Numbered from the stretch's first letter, positions 35,079 to 45,210 are shown. The stretch is 55,721 nucleotides of DNA from Nitrospirota bacterium (GCA_003696975.1 RFGT01000122.1:1-55721); one strand, 5' to 3'. Notes: generated from the sequence alone by a model not told the origin. A program made the numbers and translations.

Positions 35079-36227
35079 TTAGCCTTGTCCTGCACGCAAA
35101 AGCTCTTGCGCTCGCGCCACGCCTTGCCCCAAGGCAACGGGATGCCCCAAATCTTTCAACACCATTTCCACTGCAGCCATGGCCATGATCACATCGAACC
35201 GATCCACATACCCCATATGGGAGAGCCGAAAAATTTTTCCCCGCAAATGATCCTGCCCTCCCGCAGCCGTAATCCCATATTGCACTCGCAACTGTTTATA
35301 GACAGCTTGCCCATCAATGCCTGGTGGAGCAGTAATGACCGTTAATGCATCACTGGGAACTCCTTTAGGAAAGAGTTCCAACCCTGCAGCCCTAACCGCC
35401 TCGCGCAGGGCATAAGCCAACCGGCTTTGACGCCCGAACATCGCCTTTAAGCCTTCAGCCTTCATCATGCGCAAGACTTCTTTGAGTCCGAGAATCATGG
35501 AAACTGCTGGCGTATACGCTGTCTGATTGTTAACCTGGGCGTCTCGTTCCTTGATGAAATTGAAATAAAACGCGCTATTTTTCGCCCGTTCTGCAAGCCG
35601 CCATGCTTTTGGACTCACGCTGACGAAGGCCAAGCCTGGGGGGAGCATAAAGGCTTTCTGAGACCCGGCGACAACCACGTCCAGCCCCCAGGCGTCTGTC
35701 TGAATATCGAATACCCCCAATGCGGTAATGGCATCCACGACCAAAATCGTTTCATCACGAGGACGAACAATTTCAGCGAGGGTTTTCACGTCATGTGCCG
35801 CGCCAGTAGACGTCTCGCTGGCCTGCACATACACAGCCTTAATCGTTGGATCCTGCCGCAGGGCTTCAGCCACAGCTTGTGGATCCACAGAATGGCCCCA
35901 TTCCACGCGAAGTTCCACGACCTTGATCCCAAACGTTTGGCAAATTTTTCCCCACCGCTCTCCGAACTTGCCGCCATTGACCACCAGCGCTTTATCACCA
36001 GGCGAGAGAAAATTCGCGACCGCCCCTTCCATGGCTCCGGTCCCAGACGACGCCAGGATCAACACTTCGTTCTGGGTCTGAAAGACCCACTTGAGATCAT
36101 TGCGAACTTGGCCAAAGAGTTCGGCAAATTCCGGCGCACGGTGATGGAGTACAGGTGCGGCCATCGCCAACAGCACTTCCGGGGGAACCTGGGTCGGCCC
36201 AGGAGCCAACAGGTAACGTTTCATCAT
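35079..36227 (-). CDS. class V aminotransferase (serine-pyruvate/phosphoserine aminotransferase type)
   Basis: It is AGXT-like: LLAPGPTQVPPEVL with the PLP-lysine region AGSQKAFMLPPG. Its position immediately upstream of serA suggests a role in the phosphoserine pathway. Confidence 0.85.
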   Translation of the reverse strand: MMKRYLLAPGPTQVPPEVLLAMAAPVLHHRAPEFAELFGQVRNDLKWVFQTQNEVLILASSGTGAMEGAVANFLSPGDKALVVNGGKFGERWGKICQTFGIKVVELRVEWGHSVDPQAVAEALRQDPTIKAVYVQASETSTGAAHDVKTLAEIVRPRDETILVVDAITALGVFDIQTDAWGLDVVVAGSQKAFMLPPGLAFVSVSPKAWRLAERAKNSAFYFNFIKERDAQVNNQTAYTPAVSMILGLKEVLRMMKAEGLKAMFGRQSRLAYALREAVRAAGLELFPKGVPSDALTVITAPPGIDGQAVYKQLRVQYGITAAGGQDHLRGKIFRLSHMGYVDRFDVIMAMAAVEMVLKDLGHPVALGQGVARAQELLRAGQG

Positions 36228-36442
36228 GGGAACTTATCTCCTTGATAACACGAAATGCCCTCAAAAGGAGGGAACAATATCGACGGTTGTTACGCAGGGG
36301 AATGTACGCTAACACATGGTCTACCCCTCGTCAAGAAGACACCGGTAACGGCGACAGAATAGCGGCCCTTTCCCCTCTTGTCAGCTTGCCGACATTGCTC
36401 GTAGAATGCACCCTCTGTGAGACTCCCAGACTAGAGGCTAGC

Positions 36443-36712
36443 ATGGAAGGACTGCGTTTTGAACGACGAGGTGACGAACATCACTACAAGGTCATCCTTC
36501 ACGTGGGAGATTGCTACGTTCCCGTCAGTGATGACATTGTAGATGAGTTGAAACACCACAGCGCCAAACTCGGAGACGGGTTGCTCGGCTTTTTTCTCGA
36601 AAAGGTGGGATATTCCTCCTATCTCAGGGATCAGATTCAGCAGGAACTCAGTAAACTCGGCGATCCGGCACAACAAATTTCCACCATCCGGCAGGCGCTT
36701 CTTCAATTATGA
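36443..36712 (+). CDS. hypothetical small protein (89 aa)
   Basis: The ATG at 36443 lies inside a longer ORF (36155-36712) whose 5' part overlaps the aminotransferase start on the other strand. No motif is recognised. It is the only plus-strand ORF in this gap. Confidence 0.35.
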   Translation: MEGLRFERRGDEHHYKVILHVGDCYVPVSDDIVDELKHHSAKLGDGLLGFFLEKVGYSSYLRDQIQQELSKLGDPAQQISTIRQALLQL

Positions 36713-36760
36713 TGAGATGATTGGAACGCGTGATAAGGTTTGAGAGCAGCGTGTGCGTAT

Positions 36761-37843
36761 TTACTCATGATATCCACCGACAACCTTATCGATAAAGTTC
36801 AGAATGGCTGTTTTCTTGGCGGAATCTTTCTCTAATTCCAGCGCTTGCCGATAGTGCGCAGCCGCCATTTCGGGCTTGCGTTTCTTGTCATAGACCCGCC
36901 CTACTCCAAAGATCGCACTGGCATCCTGGGGATTGGCCTTGAGCGCCTTACTGAAGGCATCCAATGCGGCATCCACCTGACCACGATCAAAAAGGATCCA
37001 TCCCACGGCCGTCGCGGCTGGGCCGAAGTCCGGAGCGAGGCGAAGCGCTTCTTCATATTCCCGCAACGCCAAATCCCGTCGGCCTTTCTGTTCATACACA
37101 CCCCCTAGTGCAAAGCGTACTTCTGCGTCGTTGGGGTTCAATTTTAACGCTTCTTTGTATTCTTCAATAGCAGCTTCAAGTTTCCCCTGTTCAGCCAGGG
37201 CACACGCCAGGTTGGAATGTCCCAGAGGATCAGTGGGGCGCAACTTGATCAGTTCACGATACTGGGGAATCGCCATCTCCAATTGGCCTTGTTCCTGATA
37301 GGCCACCCCAAGATTCAAGCGGGCAGCCACATAAGAGGGGTCCAGCTTCACGGCTTGGCGGTAAGCTTTGATCGCTTGGTCGCTTCGTCCCATCCGCTGG
37401 TAGATCTGAGCCATGAAAAAGTGGGGGTATGGCGACCGCGGAAGCAAGCGCGCGGCTTCCTCGTACGCGGGAAGGGATTGCTGGGATTGGCCGGACTGAG
37501 CGAGAAACAATCCTCGAATCAACCGCAGGTGTCCCTCTGGCGGATATCGATTTTCGATCTCGTCAATCCAGGTTCGCACCGTCTCAATATCCTGTGGTGT
37601 TTGGAGAGCTTTGGCATGGAGCTTCCAGGCTGCGGCAAAATCTCCTTGCAGCAGGGCCACGACGTTTAAGACGAAAGAAGCGCAGGGGGATGAATGAGGC
37701 CCATCCGCCCATTGCTGTGCCAAGTCTCGCACGGCGTCCCACTCCCCGCGAACCAGCGCTTCTGCCACGAGGTCAGAAACCCTCTGCTGCATCCTGTGTC
37801 CGTGCACGTCGTCTTGGTGTGAGGATGGTTCGTGTCCAGTCAT
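36761..37843 (-). CDS. TPR-repeat protein
   Basis: At least 7 consecutive TPR units are visible (e.g. AIKAYRQAVKLDPSYVAARLNLGVAYQEQGQLEMAIPQYRELIKLRP). Confidence 0.75.
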   Translation of the reverse strand: MTGHEPSSHQDDVHGHRMQQRVSDLVAEALVRGEWDAVRDLAQQWADGPHSSPCASFVLNVVALLQGDFAAAWKLHAKALQTPQDIETVRTWIDEIENRYPPEGHLRLIRGLFLAQSGQSQQSLPAYEEAARLLPRSPYPHFFMAQIYQRMGRSDQAIKAYRQAVKLDPSYVAARLNLGVAYQEQGQLEMAIPQYRELIKLRPTDPLGHSNLACALAEQGKLEAAIEEYKEALKLNPNDAEVRFALGGVYEQKGRRDLALREYEEALRLAPDFGPAATAVGWILFDRGQVDAALDAFSKALKANPQDASAIFGVGRVYDKKRKPEMAAAHYRQALELEKDSAKKTAILNFIDKVVGGYHE

Positions 37844-37858
37844 GCGGAAAGTTCTCCT

Positions 37859-39370
37859 TCACCGGGTTAAGGCATCCTCCACATCCGGTGGAGTCGCCTG
37901 GATCCATTCACCAAGCATGGGATAGCGGGCTTGGATATGGCGTTTCATCAACCAGGCAACAGTCCGATACGACCAGTGCCCTTTCACGCCGGATCGCAAC
38001 TTGATAATGTATTCTGCCTCAGCCACGTCCATTTTAAACAGACACCGAACGCGAAATCCAAATGGTATCGCATAGAGAGCCGCTTCCTGGTTGAAAGCCC
38101 GCAATTGCTCAATATCCTGCTTAACGGCATCCATGGCCTGACAATATTCCTGATCCAATCCTGTTTCCCGCAAAAGCGGCGGCACCTCATAGCCATGTAG
38201 GGTGGTAAAATTCTGTGGGATTTGCTGGCAGCGCCGGTGCCGGTGCAAATCCCGCCACCCGCCAATATCCATCAAAATATCGAATAAGAACGCATACCCG
38301 CTGCGAAACTCTTTGATCAACTCCTCGTGCGGTCCGCGGCGTCGTAGGGCAATCTCAATCGTTTCGCGCTTGGTTTTCTCGTGCCACCCTTGTACCAGCT
38401 CCAGAATACACCGATACGGCACGTGACTCACCCGGTAGAGCAATGTGGCCACCAATTCATCAACCGGATGATGAGGAGGGATGAAGTCCACGGCGCAGGG
38501 CTCGCCCCAGGCCGAAGGATGATCCAAGCCTGCTTGCTTCACCACGGTTTTGGCATACTGAGCCAAGTCGCGGTACACCTCGGCTTGATATGGACTAGGG
38601 GCTGCATGTCGCGCCAACGTCGGTGCGATGGGCTCAGGTGGGCCAGGGTCGACTCCCATGAGGGAAGCCCACAGCGTTGAAGGAGGCTTGGCACATACGG
38701 TTTTCAGGTCTTCGCCAATGGCTCGTAACTCGGGCAGTTGCGCAGAGAGTAATCGAGTGATCTGCTTTTCCAGCGTCCGAATGCTTGTCACCTGCCCGAC
38801 ATTGGTATAGGCGGCCAGTGGTAAGAGATATCGAGTCACATCATAGGACCGAGCGGCGAGGGTGCGCTCATAGTCTGCGGCCTTCATCTCCTCTGGTTTG
38901 GGATAGCGCTCAGCCAGATAGCGCCGAAGGGGCTCGGAGAGTCCTCGATAGACATTGAACAAACTGCCCAAAATCCCTCGGTAGACACCCTCCACTTCCG
39001 TGTCGGCAATGGCCTCTGGCACGTAACACCCCGTGACAGCAAAATTCTGATACCGTGTGGACTTCTCTTGGCCATCCCACAAGGGTTCATCTTCCAGGCG
39101 AATGGCAGCCAGTTCCGAGATATTTTCAAAACAGATGGTCACATGCCCCAAGTCCGCAATAGAGGCATGGCCATAGGCAAAGTAAAACTGTTCCCAGAAT
39201 TTTTCTGAGGAATGGCTGTGAACCCAGCGCAAACTGTCTTCGATGGAATCCGAGGAGCGGCTGTAGCGAGCCAAGGCGTACGCTGCTTTTTCCGGGGGCA
39301 TAGGCGCCAGCGCTAGCACGCGGCGAGCTCGTGGGTGATACATCCGATCCTCGCTGTTCCGTTGGTTCAA
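37859..39370 (-). CDS. ThyX (Thy1)-family protein, long tandem-domain form with divergent signature
   Basis: There are two Thy1-like halves. The first reads YGHASIADLGHVTICFENIS ... QEKSTRYQNF ... ARSYDVTRYLLPLAAYTNV. The second reads FDILMDIGGWRDLHRHRRCQQ ... ALYAIPFGFRVRCLFKMDVAEAEYIIKLRS. The canonical RHRxxS reads RHRRCQ. Confidence 0.6.
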   Translation of the reverse strand: MNQRNSEDRMYHPRARRVLALAPMPPEKAAYALARYSRSSDSIEDSLRWVHSHSSEKFWEQFYFAYGHASIADLGHVTICFENISELAAIRLEDEPLWDGQEKSTRYQNFAVTGCYVPEAIADTEVEGVYRGILGSLFNVYRGLSEPLRRYLAERYPKPEEMKAADYERTLAARSYDVTRYLLPLAAYTNVGQVTSIRTLEKQITRLLSAQLPELRAIGEDLKTVCAKPPSTLWASLMGVDPGPPEPIAPTLARHAAPSPYQAEVYRDLAQYAKTVVKQAGLDHPSAWGEPCAVDFIPPHHPVDELVATLLYRVSHVPYRCILELVQGWHEKTKRETIEIALRRRGPHEELIKEFRSGYAFLFDILMDIGGWRDLHRHRRCQQIPQNFTTLHGYEVPPLLRETGLDQEYCQAMDAVKQDIEQLRAFNQEAALYAIPFGFRVRCLFKMDVAEAEYIIKLRSGVKGHWSYRTVAWLMKRHIQARYPMLGEWIQATPPDVEDALTR

Positions 39371-39504
39371 CCTGCATTCGGAAAGAAAGCCACTATACGT
39401 CCTGTCTTAGCCAATCTCAAGTCATCTCATTGCGAGACCGATCTTTGCTCACAAGAAGCAATCCCTTGAAACCACGCAGCGCTCTCGATAGACTCCGCCC
39501 CCGC

Positions 39505-40887
39505 ATGCAACCTTTGCAGACGTCTATGCCTACCGAACGGCAATCGATTCATGGGCAGTGGTCCTCACGCTGGACGTTCATCATGGCTGCCACAGGGGCG
39601 GCCGTGGGGCTCGGAAATATTTGGAAGTTCCCCTATCTTACGGGTGAGCATGGAGGAAGCGCGTTTGTTCTCGTCTACATCGTCTGCGTAGCGGCGCTCG
39701 GGATTCCTATGATGATGGCAGAAGTCATGCTTGGCCGGCGTGGCCGGCAAACACCGGTCAATACCCTTCGCACGTTGGCTGCCGAAGCCAAGGTGAGCCA
39801 GGGATGGCAGGTGATTGGTTGGTGCGGCACACTCGCTGGCATGCTCATCCTCTCCTATTACAGCGTTATTGGGGGTTGGACCCTTGCGTATATCCTCTAT
39901 TCAGCCACGGGGACATTCTCCGGCATAACCGGTGAAGGAGCTTCCGCGTTGTTCAACCAGTTCGTCCAGAATCCTGCCGCACAAATTGGCTGGCACACGG
40001 CTTTCATGATCATGACCATGTATATCGTGGCCCGAGGCGTCCAAAGCGGATTGGAAAAAGCCGTGCAATATCTGATGCCCGCGTTGTTTGGACTGCTGTT
40101 GGTCCTCGTCGCCTATGCCACTACCACCGGTTATTTCTGGCAGGGACTCACGTTCCTGTTCACTCCGGACTTCAGCCAGCTTTCTGGAACCAGCATGCTC
40201 ACGGCCATGGGACAAGCCTTTTTCAGCCTCAGTCTCGGCATGGGCACGATCATGATCTATGGATCCTATGTGCCTAAGGGGACATCGATTGCCAGCACCT
40301 CCGTGTCTATTGCTCTGTCTGATACGCTGGTAGCCTTGCTCGCCGGTATGGCCATCTTCCCGATCGTCTTTGCCAATGGACTAGAACCGAGAGCGGGCCC
40401 CAGTCTGATCTTCGAGACCATTCCGGTGGCATTTGGTCATATGACTGGTGGGCTCCTTTTCGGCACTCTCTTTTTTCTCTTGCTCTTGGTAGCCGCGTGG
40501 ACCTCCTCAATCTCCTTGATCGAACCCGCTGTGACCCTCTTGATCGAGAACTACCGCATGACCCGCCTTCGGGCCGCATGGTGGTGCGGGATGGTAACCT
40601 GGCTGCTGGGATTCGGAACAGCCTTTTCGTTCAATCTCTGGGCTCAGGTCAGGGTCTTCGGCATGACATTTTTTGACAATTTGGACTTTCTGACTTCCAA
40701 CCTCATGCTCCCCTTCGGTGGAATTCTGATCGCCATTTTTGCAGGATGGCTTCTGAGCCCGGACACAAGCCGTACCGAACTCAACATTGCCAGTCCATGG
40801 GGGTATTCGCTCTGGCGCGTGTTGATTCGCTATGTGGCGCCGGTTGCCGTCTCTGTTGTTCTTCTCCATGCGATTGGCGTGTTGTGA
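39505..40887 (+). CDS. sodium-dependent transporter, SNF (neurotransmitter:sodium symporter) family
   Basis: The N-terminal signature WSSRWTFIMAATGAAVGLGNIWKFPYLTGEHGGSAF is present, with about 11-12 hydrophobic segments. I prefer the ATG at 39505 to ORF-track start 39331, which overlaps the ThyX-like gene start. Confidence 0.9.
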   Translation: MQPLQTSMPTERQSIHGQWSSRWTFIMAATGAAVGLGNIWKFPYLTGEHGGSAFVLVYIVCVAALGIPMMMAEVMLGRRGRQTPVNTLRTLAAEAKVSQGWQVIGWCGTLAGMLILSYYSVIGGWTLAYILYSATGTFSGITGEGASALFNQFVQNPAAQIGWHTAFMIMTMYIVARGVQSGLEKAVQYLMPALFGLLLVLVAYATTTGYFWQGLTFLFTPDFSQLSGTSMLTAMGQAFFSLSLGMGTIMIYGSYVPKGTSIASTSVSIALSDTLVALLAGMAIFPIVFANGLEPRAGPSLIFETIPVAFGHMTGGLLFGTLFFLLLLVAAWTSSISLIEPAVTLLIENYRMTRLRAAWWCGMVTWLLGFGTAFSFNLWAQVRVFGMTFFDNLDFLTSNLMLPFGGILIAIFAGWLLSPDTSRTELNIASPWGYSLWRVLIRYVAPVAVSVVLLHAIGVL

Positions 40888-40902
40888 TCCGCGGGTCGAT
40901 GA

Positions 40903-41616
40903 CTACTGATGTCTCCATAACCCCATGACCAGCAACCCTGATCCGACGAGCAGTACCGCAGATGGTTCCGGTACGACCGACACAGCCGGTTGGGGTAGCG
41001 GAGGTGAAGGGAGATCAATGGCATGACTACCAAGTCCATCGAAGGTATCCACGCTATACCCCTCCCATTCTACCGAGGGATCGAATGGATTCGAGCCGTC
41101 CGGATCACCGGCTATAATTGAGGGCTTTCGCCTCAAGGTATGATCTTTGGTGCTGGTGAGCCCCGTTCCCCAAGCCGAGCCCGGATCGAACCCGATTTGT
41201 CCAATGACGTCAATAGGACTCCCGCCTTTCAACAGGGCCACGGCATCGTCCCCATTGAAAAAGGACGCCGTCGCCGTTTGATCGGCTTTAGCCAAAATAG
41301 CCGAAGCCGCTCCATCGTCGGCGAGGACGAAGACCTCGTTGCTGCCAACCACGCCCGTCAAGGAGATGGTCGTGTTCGCCGTACTGTTCCCATTGAAATA
41401 AAAGGCCACGCTGTAGCCACCAGCAGCTAAATCGATCGCACTGCCTGTGCCGTTGAAGATCTCCAGTGCCTTGTTGTTGCTAGAGCCTTCGATATATTCA
41501 GAGAAAAAGAGCTCTGTGGGCATGGACCAAGCCGGCGCAACCAATCCTCCAAACCCACTACCCACGCTGAGCATTATAACGAAGAGATGGTGCACGGTCG
41601 ATGAATAGAGTCGCAT
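40903..41616 (-). CDS. secreted lamin-tail-domain (LTD) protein with PEP-CTERM sorting signal
   Basis: It has a signal peptide and an LTD pattern ([36 protein letters not shown] ... VFVLADD ... [10 protein letters not shown]). The C-terminus is [23 protein letters not shown] (PEP motif, TM segment, basic end). Confidence 0.8.
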   Translation of the reverse strand: MRLYSSTVHHLFVIMLSVGSGFGGLVAPAWSMPTELFFSEYIEGSSNNKALEIFNGTGSAIDLAAGGYSVAFYFNGNSTANTTISLTGVVGSNEVFVLADDGAASAILAKADQTATASFFNGDDAVALLKGGSPIDVIGQIGFDPGSAWGTGLTSTKDHTLRRKPSIIAGDPDGSNPFDPSVEWEGYSVDTFDGLGSHAIDLPSPPLPQPAVSVVPEPSAVLLVGSGLLVMGLWRHQ

Positions 41617-42162
41617 GAGAATCCTCTCTTAATTTTAGAGTTGCATTGGTTATGTTCACGAGCCCCTCTCCCATAGCCACTCTGCTTGCTTGCATGTCGG
41701 CTTTTAGGGTAATGGGCTAACTATTCACTCACTCCAAGCGAGTTTAATGCCATCAAGGGGAGAACTACGTACTTTGGAGAATATAGCATGTATGAAAGGC
41801 GGACCCTTGGCGGGATAATACGTTTTGCACAAGCGCACAGGAGGGGAGCCTTACTAAACCTTAATTGTTGGCCCATGGCATACTAGCCCATTTCTGTTAA
41901 CAGGGCCGACAGCATTCCACAGATTGGTGGGAGGATCATGAGAGAAAGCTCTACAATCTTCACGGGTTTCCAACAATTCCCGCATCCGTCAAGTTCTCTG
42001 ACACCTGACCAAGCATCTACACCAGAACACTGCCAGCCAGCGCTTCATGACAAGAACCTCTATCCTTCACTAACCGGTCAGCAGACCAAAGCCCATGTCA
42101 AGGAGCAAACTTACGCATCAGACTGGGTAAGGTCTACCAATGGTAGGTGCCCCATATCATGA

Positions 42163-42963
42163 TCATGTTTCATGGACCACGGGATTAGTCAATGCACCAA
42201 TCCGCTCGATTTCAATGGTGACAGTGTCTCCATCACGGAGAAAGACTGGAGGAGTGCGCGTAAAGCCTACGCCATGCGGCGTGCCAGTGAGAATGACTGT
42301 TCCTGGCAGTAAGGTCGTCCCTTGGCTGAGAAAGCTGATCAATGTCGGTACATCAAAAATCATGTCTTCGGTGGTCCAATCCTGCATGACCGTTCCATTG
42401 AGCACGGTTTTGATCCGCAAGGCATTGGGTTGCGGAATATCTTCACTGGCGACCAAGCACGGACCTAAGGGGCAAAACGTGTCGAACGACTTCCCCCGGC
42501 ACCATTGCCGGCCGCCACGGTCTTTCTGCCAGCGGCGAGCACTCACATCATTGGCGCAGGTATAGCCTAAGACATAAGATAATGCATCCTGGCGGGAAAC
42601 ATTTTTCGCGGGCCGCCCAATCACCACCGCTAATTCGCCTTCATAGTCCACCTCGTTGGGAGCAACCGCAGGAATCACGATGGGATCGCCGGGATTATTC
42701 AGCGCATTGGCAGCCTTGATGAACAGGACCGGATATTCGGGCACCGTGGCTCCCGTCTCTTGGGCATGGAATCGGTAATTGAGTCCAATACACAAAATGG
42801 TTGGCGGGCAAACTGGTGCCAGGAGTTTCGCCACCGAAACGACTCGGTCGGTCACGCGGTAGCCCCCCCATATCTCTCCTTCAATGAGCCGTGCGGACTG
42901 CGTATCTATCCATTCCCCATAGCACACTATCCCGTTTCGATCGCGGAATCGGATAATTCTCAC
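42163..42963 (-). CDS. fumarylacetoacetate hydrolase (FAH) family protein
   Basis: It has FAH-family C-terminal domain features (ILCIGLNYRFHAQE ... VDYEGELAVVIGR ... GYTCANDVSARRWQ ... GTPHGVG). Confidence 0.85.
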   Translation of the reverse strand: MRIIRFRDRNGIVCYGEWIDTQSARLIEGEIWGGYRVTDRVVSVAKLLAPVCPPTILCIGLNYRFHAQETGATVPEYPVLFIKAANALNNPGDPIVIPAVAPNEVDYEGELAVVIGRPAKNVSRQDALSYVLGYTCANDVSARRWQKDRGGRQWCRGKSFDTFCPLGPCLVASEDIPQPNALRIKTVLNGTVMQDWTTEDMIFDVPTLISFLSQGTTLLPGTVILTGTPHGVGFTRTPPVFLRDGDTVTIEIERIGALTNPVVHET

Positions 42964-43259
42964 GGTCGCTCTACCTGTCTTATTCTGCTAAGTTCGCGAA
43001 GCCCGCAACCATGGTTCGCGCACCGCGCGAACAGGCACTGCAGATTTTCGGCTCATCCCAACCTAACGCCTTATAACCTGAAATGTCTGAATTGACAGCC
43101 GCCCCCCACTGGGAATGGGTATAGATCCACTCTCCAAAGCATAGCATACAACTTGATGAAGAAAGCCCTCTTCAAATCATCGACTCACAAGAGTACAGTA
43201 CACTGCATGCTGCAGCCAAGTACTTTCCAACACGTTGCTTCTCCACCGGCCTTGTCGCG

Positions 43260-44414
43260 GTGTTCTCTCGCGTCCTCGCTATGTCGGATCCCTTAGCATT
43301 TAGTTGCCCTCCTTCGGAGCCTCCTACCCTGATAGTACATCTCTCTGGACAGTGGACACTCTACGACTCTCTTCCTACAATTCACGATGTTGAACGCCAA
43401 CTCGAACGAATGCCTTCTCTGCAACGTGTGGCATTCGATGCTCAGCACCTCGCGCAGTGGGACAGCAGCCTTCTGGCCTTTTTGCTGAAGGTCCAAGAGT
43501 TGTGCCGCACTCGTGAACTCACCGTTGATCTTACAGGACTGCCACATGGGATCCAACGATTGATCGCTCTGGCGACCGCAGTTCCCGAACGGAGCAGTCC
43601 CAAGCGAGTTCAACCTCGCGAATCATGGATTGCTGCAATCGGGACTCTGGTCCTCTCCATTCTGGACAGGGCGCAACATCTACTCCAGTTTCTTGGTGAA
43701 GTCATGTTTGCCTTGGGGCGTTTCGTTCGCGGGCAGGCTCGATTCCGCCGCGCCGATCTGGCCCTTCTCGTTCAGGACTGTGGAGCCCAGGCTCTTCCTA
43801 TTGTCACGCTAATCAGCTTTTTGGTGGGGCTCATTTTGGCCTTTGTTGGCGCGGTTCAACTACGCCAGTTCGGTGCTCAGATTTATATCGCCAATCTCGT
43901 TGGATTAGGCATGGCTCGGGAAATGGGCGCCATGATGACCGCGGTCATCATGGCGGGTCGGACAGGATCGGCATTCGCCGCGCAACTTGGTAGCATGCAT
44001 GTGAACCAAGAAATTGATGCGTTTCGGACTATGGGCATCGCTCCCATGGAATTTCTTGTCCTGCCTCGCATCCTCGCTCTCACCCTCATGATGCCTCTGC
44101 TCTGCCTGTACGCAGATCTCGTCGGCATTCTCGGTGGAGCCTTTGTCGGAGTAACCATGCTTGATCTTGGAGGACTCCAATATTTCCAGCAAACACGGCA
44201 AGCCCTCACATTGACAGACTTTTTCGGAGGCCTGTTCAAGAGCCTCGTGTTTGGGGTCGTTGTTGCTCTCATTGGGTGTCTGCAGGGTCTGCGCTGTGGC
44301 AACAGCTCTGCGGCCGTGGGCATGGCTGCCACTTCGGCAGTTGTGCTCAGTATTGTGGTGATCGTGATATGTGATGCCCTGTTAACCGTTCTCTACGACA
44401 TTCTTGGAATATAA
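43260..44414 (+). CDS. MlaE-family ABC permease with N-terminal STAS-like domain
   Basis: The N-terminal roughly 110 aa are STAS-like (LIVHLSGQWTL ... VAFDAQHLAQWDSSLLAFLL ... LTGLP..IQRLIALA). The MlaE core follows (IVTLISFLVGLILAFVGAVQL ... NQEIDAFRTMGIAPMEFLVLPRILA). The start is GTG 43260 or ATG 43281. Confidence 0.8.
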   Translation: MFSRVLAMSDPLAFSCPPSEPPTLIVHLSGQWTLYDSLPTIHDVERQLERMPSLQRVAFDAQHLAQWDSSLLAFLLKVQELCRTRELTVDLTGLPHGIQRLIALATAVPERSSPKRVQPRESWIAAIGTLVLSILDRAQHLLQFLGEVMFALGRFVRGQARFRRADLALLVQDCGAQALPIVTLISFLVGLILAFVGAVQLRQFGAQIYIANLVGLGMAREMGAMMTAVIMAGRTGSAFAAQLGSMHVNQEIDAFRTMGIAPMEFLVLPRILALTLMMPLLCLYADLVGILGGAFVGVTMLDLGGLQYFQQTRQALTLTDFFGGLFKSLVFGVVVALIGCLQGLRCGNSSAAVGMAATSAVVLSIVVIVICDALLTVLYDILGI

Positions 44415-44430
44415 TATACATCTGCCCACC

Positions 44431-45210
44431 ATGCCGCACTCCGCTTCACGTTCAAACCACGCTGTTCCTCAAATTGTCGTGGATCACTTGACATTGGCCT
44501 ATGGCGAGACGGTTATCCAGCAAGATCTCTCCTTCACGGTCTCCCGCGGCGACATTTTCATCATCATGGGAGAAAGCGGGTGCGGGAAGAGCACCTTGCT
44601 CCGGCATATGGTCGGCTTGGACCGTCCTCAGCAGGGAGATGTCTTCTATGAGGGAAAGAGCTTTTGGACGGTTGATGCCGCTACCCAAGCTCGCATGATG
44701 CGGCGGCTCGGCGTGCTCTTTCAGAGCGGTGGGCTGTGGAGTTCCCTAACCCTGGGGGAGAACGTCGCCCTTCCCCTTCAACTGTACACCAGGCTCCCCG
44801 AGCATGATATCTGCGAATTGGTCGCCCTCAAATTGGCCCTAGTTGGTCTTAGCGGCTTTGAGGAGTATTATCCTTATGAACTGAGCGGAGGGATGCAAAA
44901 ACGTGCCGGCCTGGCTCGGGCGATGGCCCTGGATCCGGATATCCTCTTCTTCGACGAGCCCTCAGCCGGCCTTGATCCCATGAGCTCGCGTTTGCTCGAC
45001 GACCTTATCGTTGAACTGCGCGATAGCCTTGGGGCGACCGTAGTAGTGGTCACCCATGAGTTAGAAAGCATTTTAGCTATTGGAACCAACTCCGTATTTT
45101 TAGATGCTGATACGCAGACTATGATTGCTTCAGGGCCTCCCCGTGTGCTCTTGCAGGAATGTCCACACCCTAAGGTCCAACAATTTCTCCGACGACGCGC
45201 TCCAGTTTGA
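44431..45210 (+). CDS. ABC transporter ATP-binding protein (MlaF-like)
   Basis: Walker A GESGCGKS, signature LSGGMQKRAGLARAM and Walker B ILFFDEP are present. I prefer the ATG at 44431 to the overlapping TTG at 44404. Confidence 0.9.
   Translation: MPHSASRSNHAVPQIVVDHLTLAYGETVIQQDLSFTVSRGDIFIIMGESGCGKSTLLRHMVGLDRPQQGDVFYEGKSFWTVDAATQARMMRRLGVLFQSGGLWSSLTLGENVALPLQLYTRLPEHDICELVALKLALVGLSGFEEYYPYELSGGMQKRAGLARAMALDPDILFFDEPSAGLDPMSSRLLDDLIVELRDSLGATVVVVTHELESILAIGTNSVFLDADTQTMIASGPPRVLLQECPHPKVQQFLRRRAPV

Noticed and set aside
36155-36442. The 5' part of the 185-aa ORF 36155-36712.
   Set aside because: It overlaps the start of the class V aminotransferase on the opposite strand and is Arg/Pro/Gly-rich. 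Only the distal 89-aa part, from the ATG at 36443, is kept, at low confidence.
41938-42162. A 74-aa plus-strand ORF in the long spacer upstream of the LTD gene, and the overlapping 42140-42565 ORF.
   Set aside because: There is no motif and no obvious ribosome-binding site. The second ORF is antisense to the FAH gene. The region is treated as non-coding leader pending transcript data.
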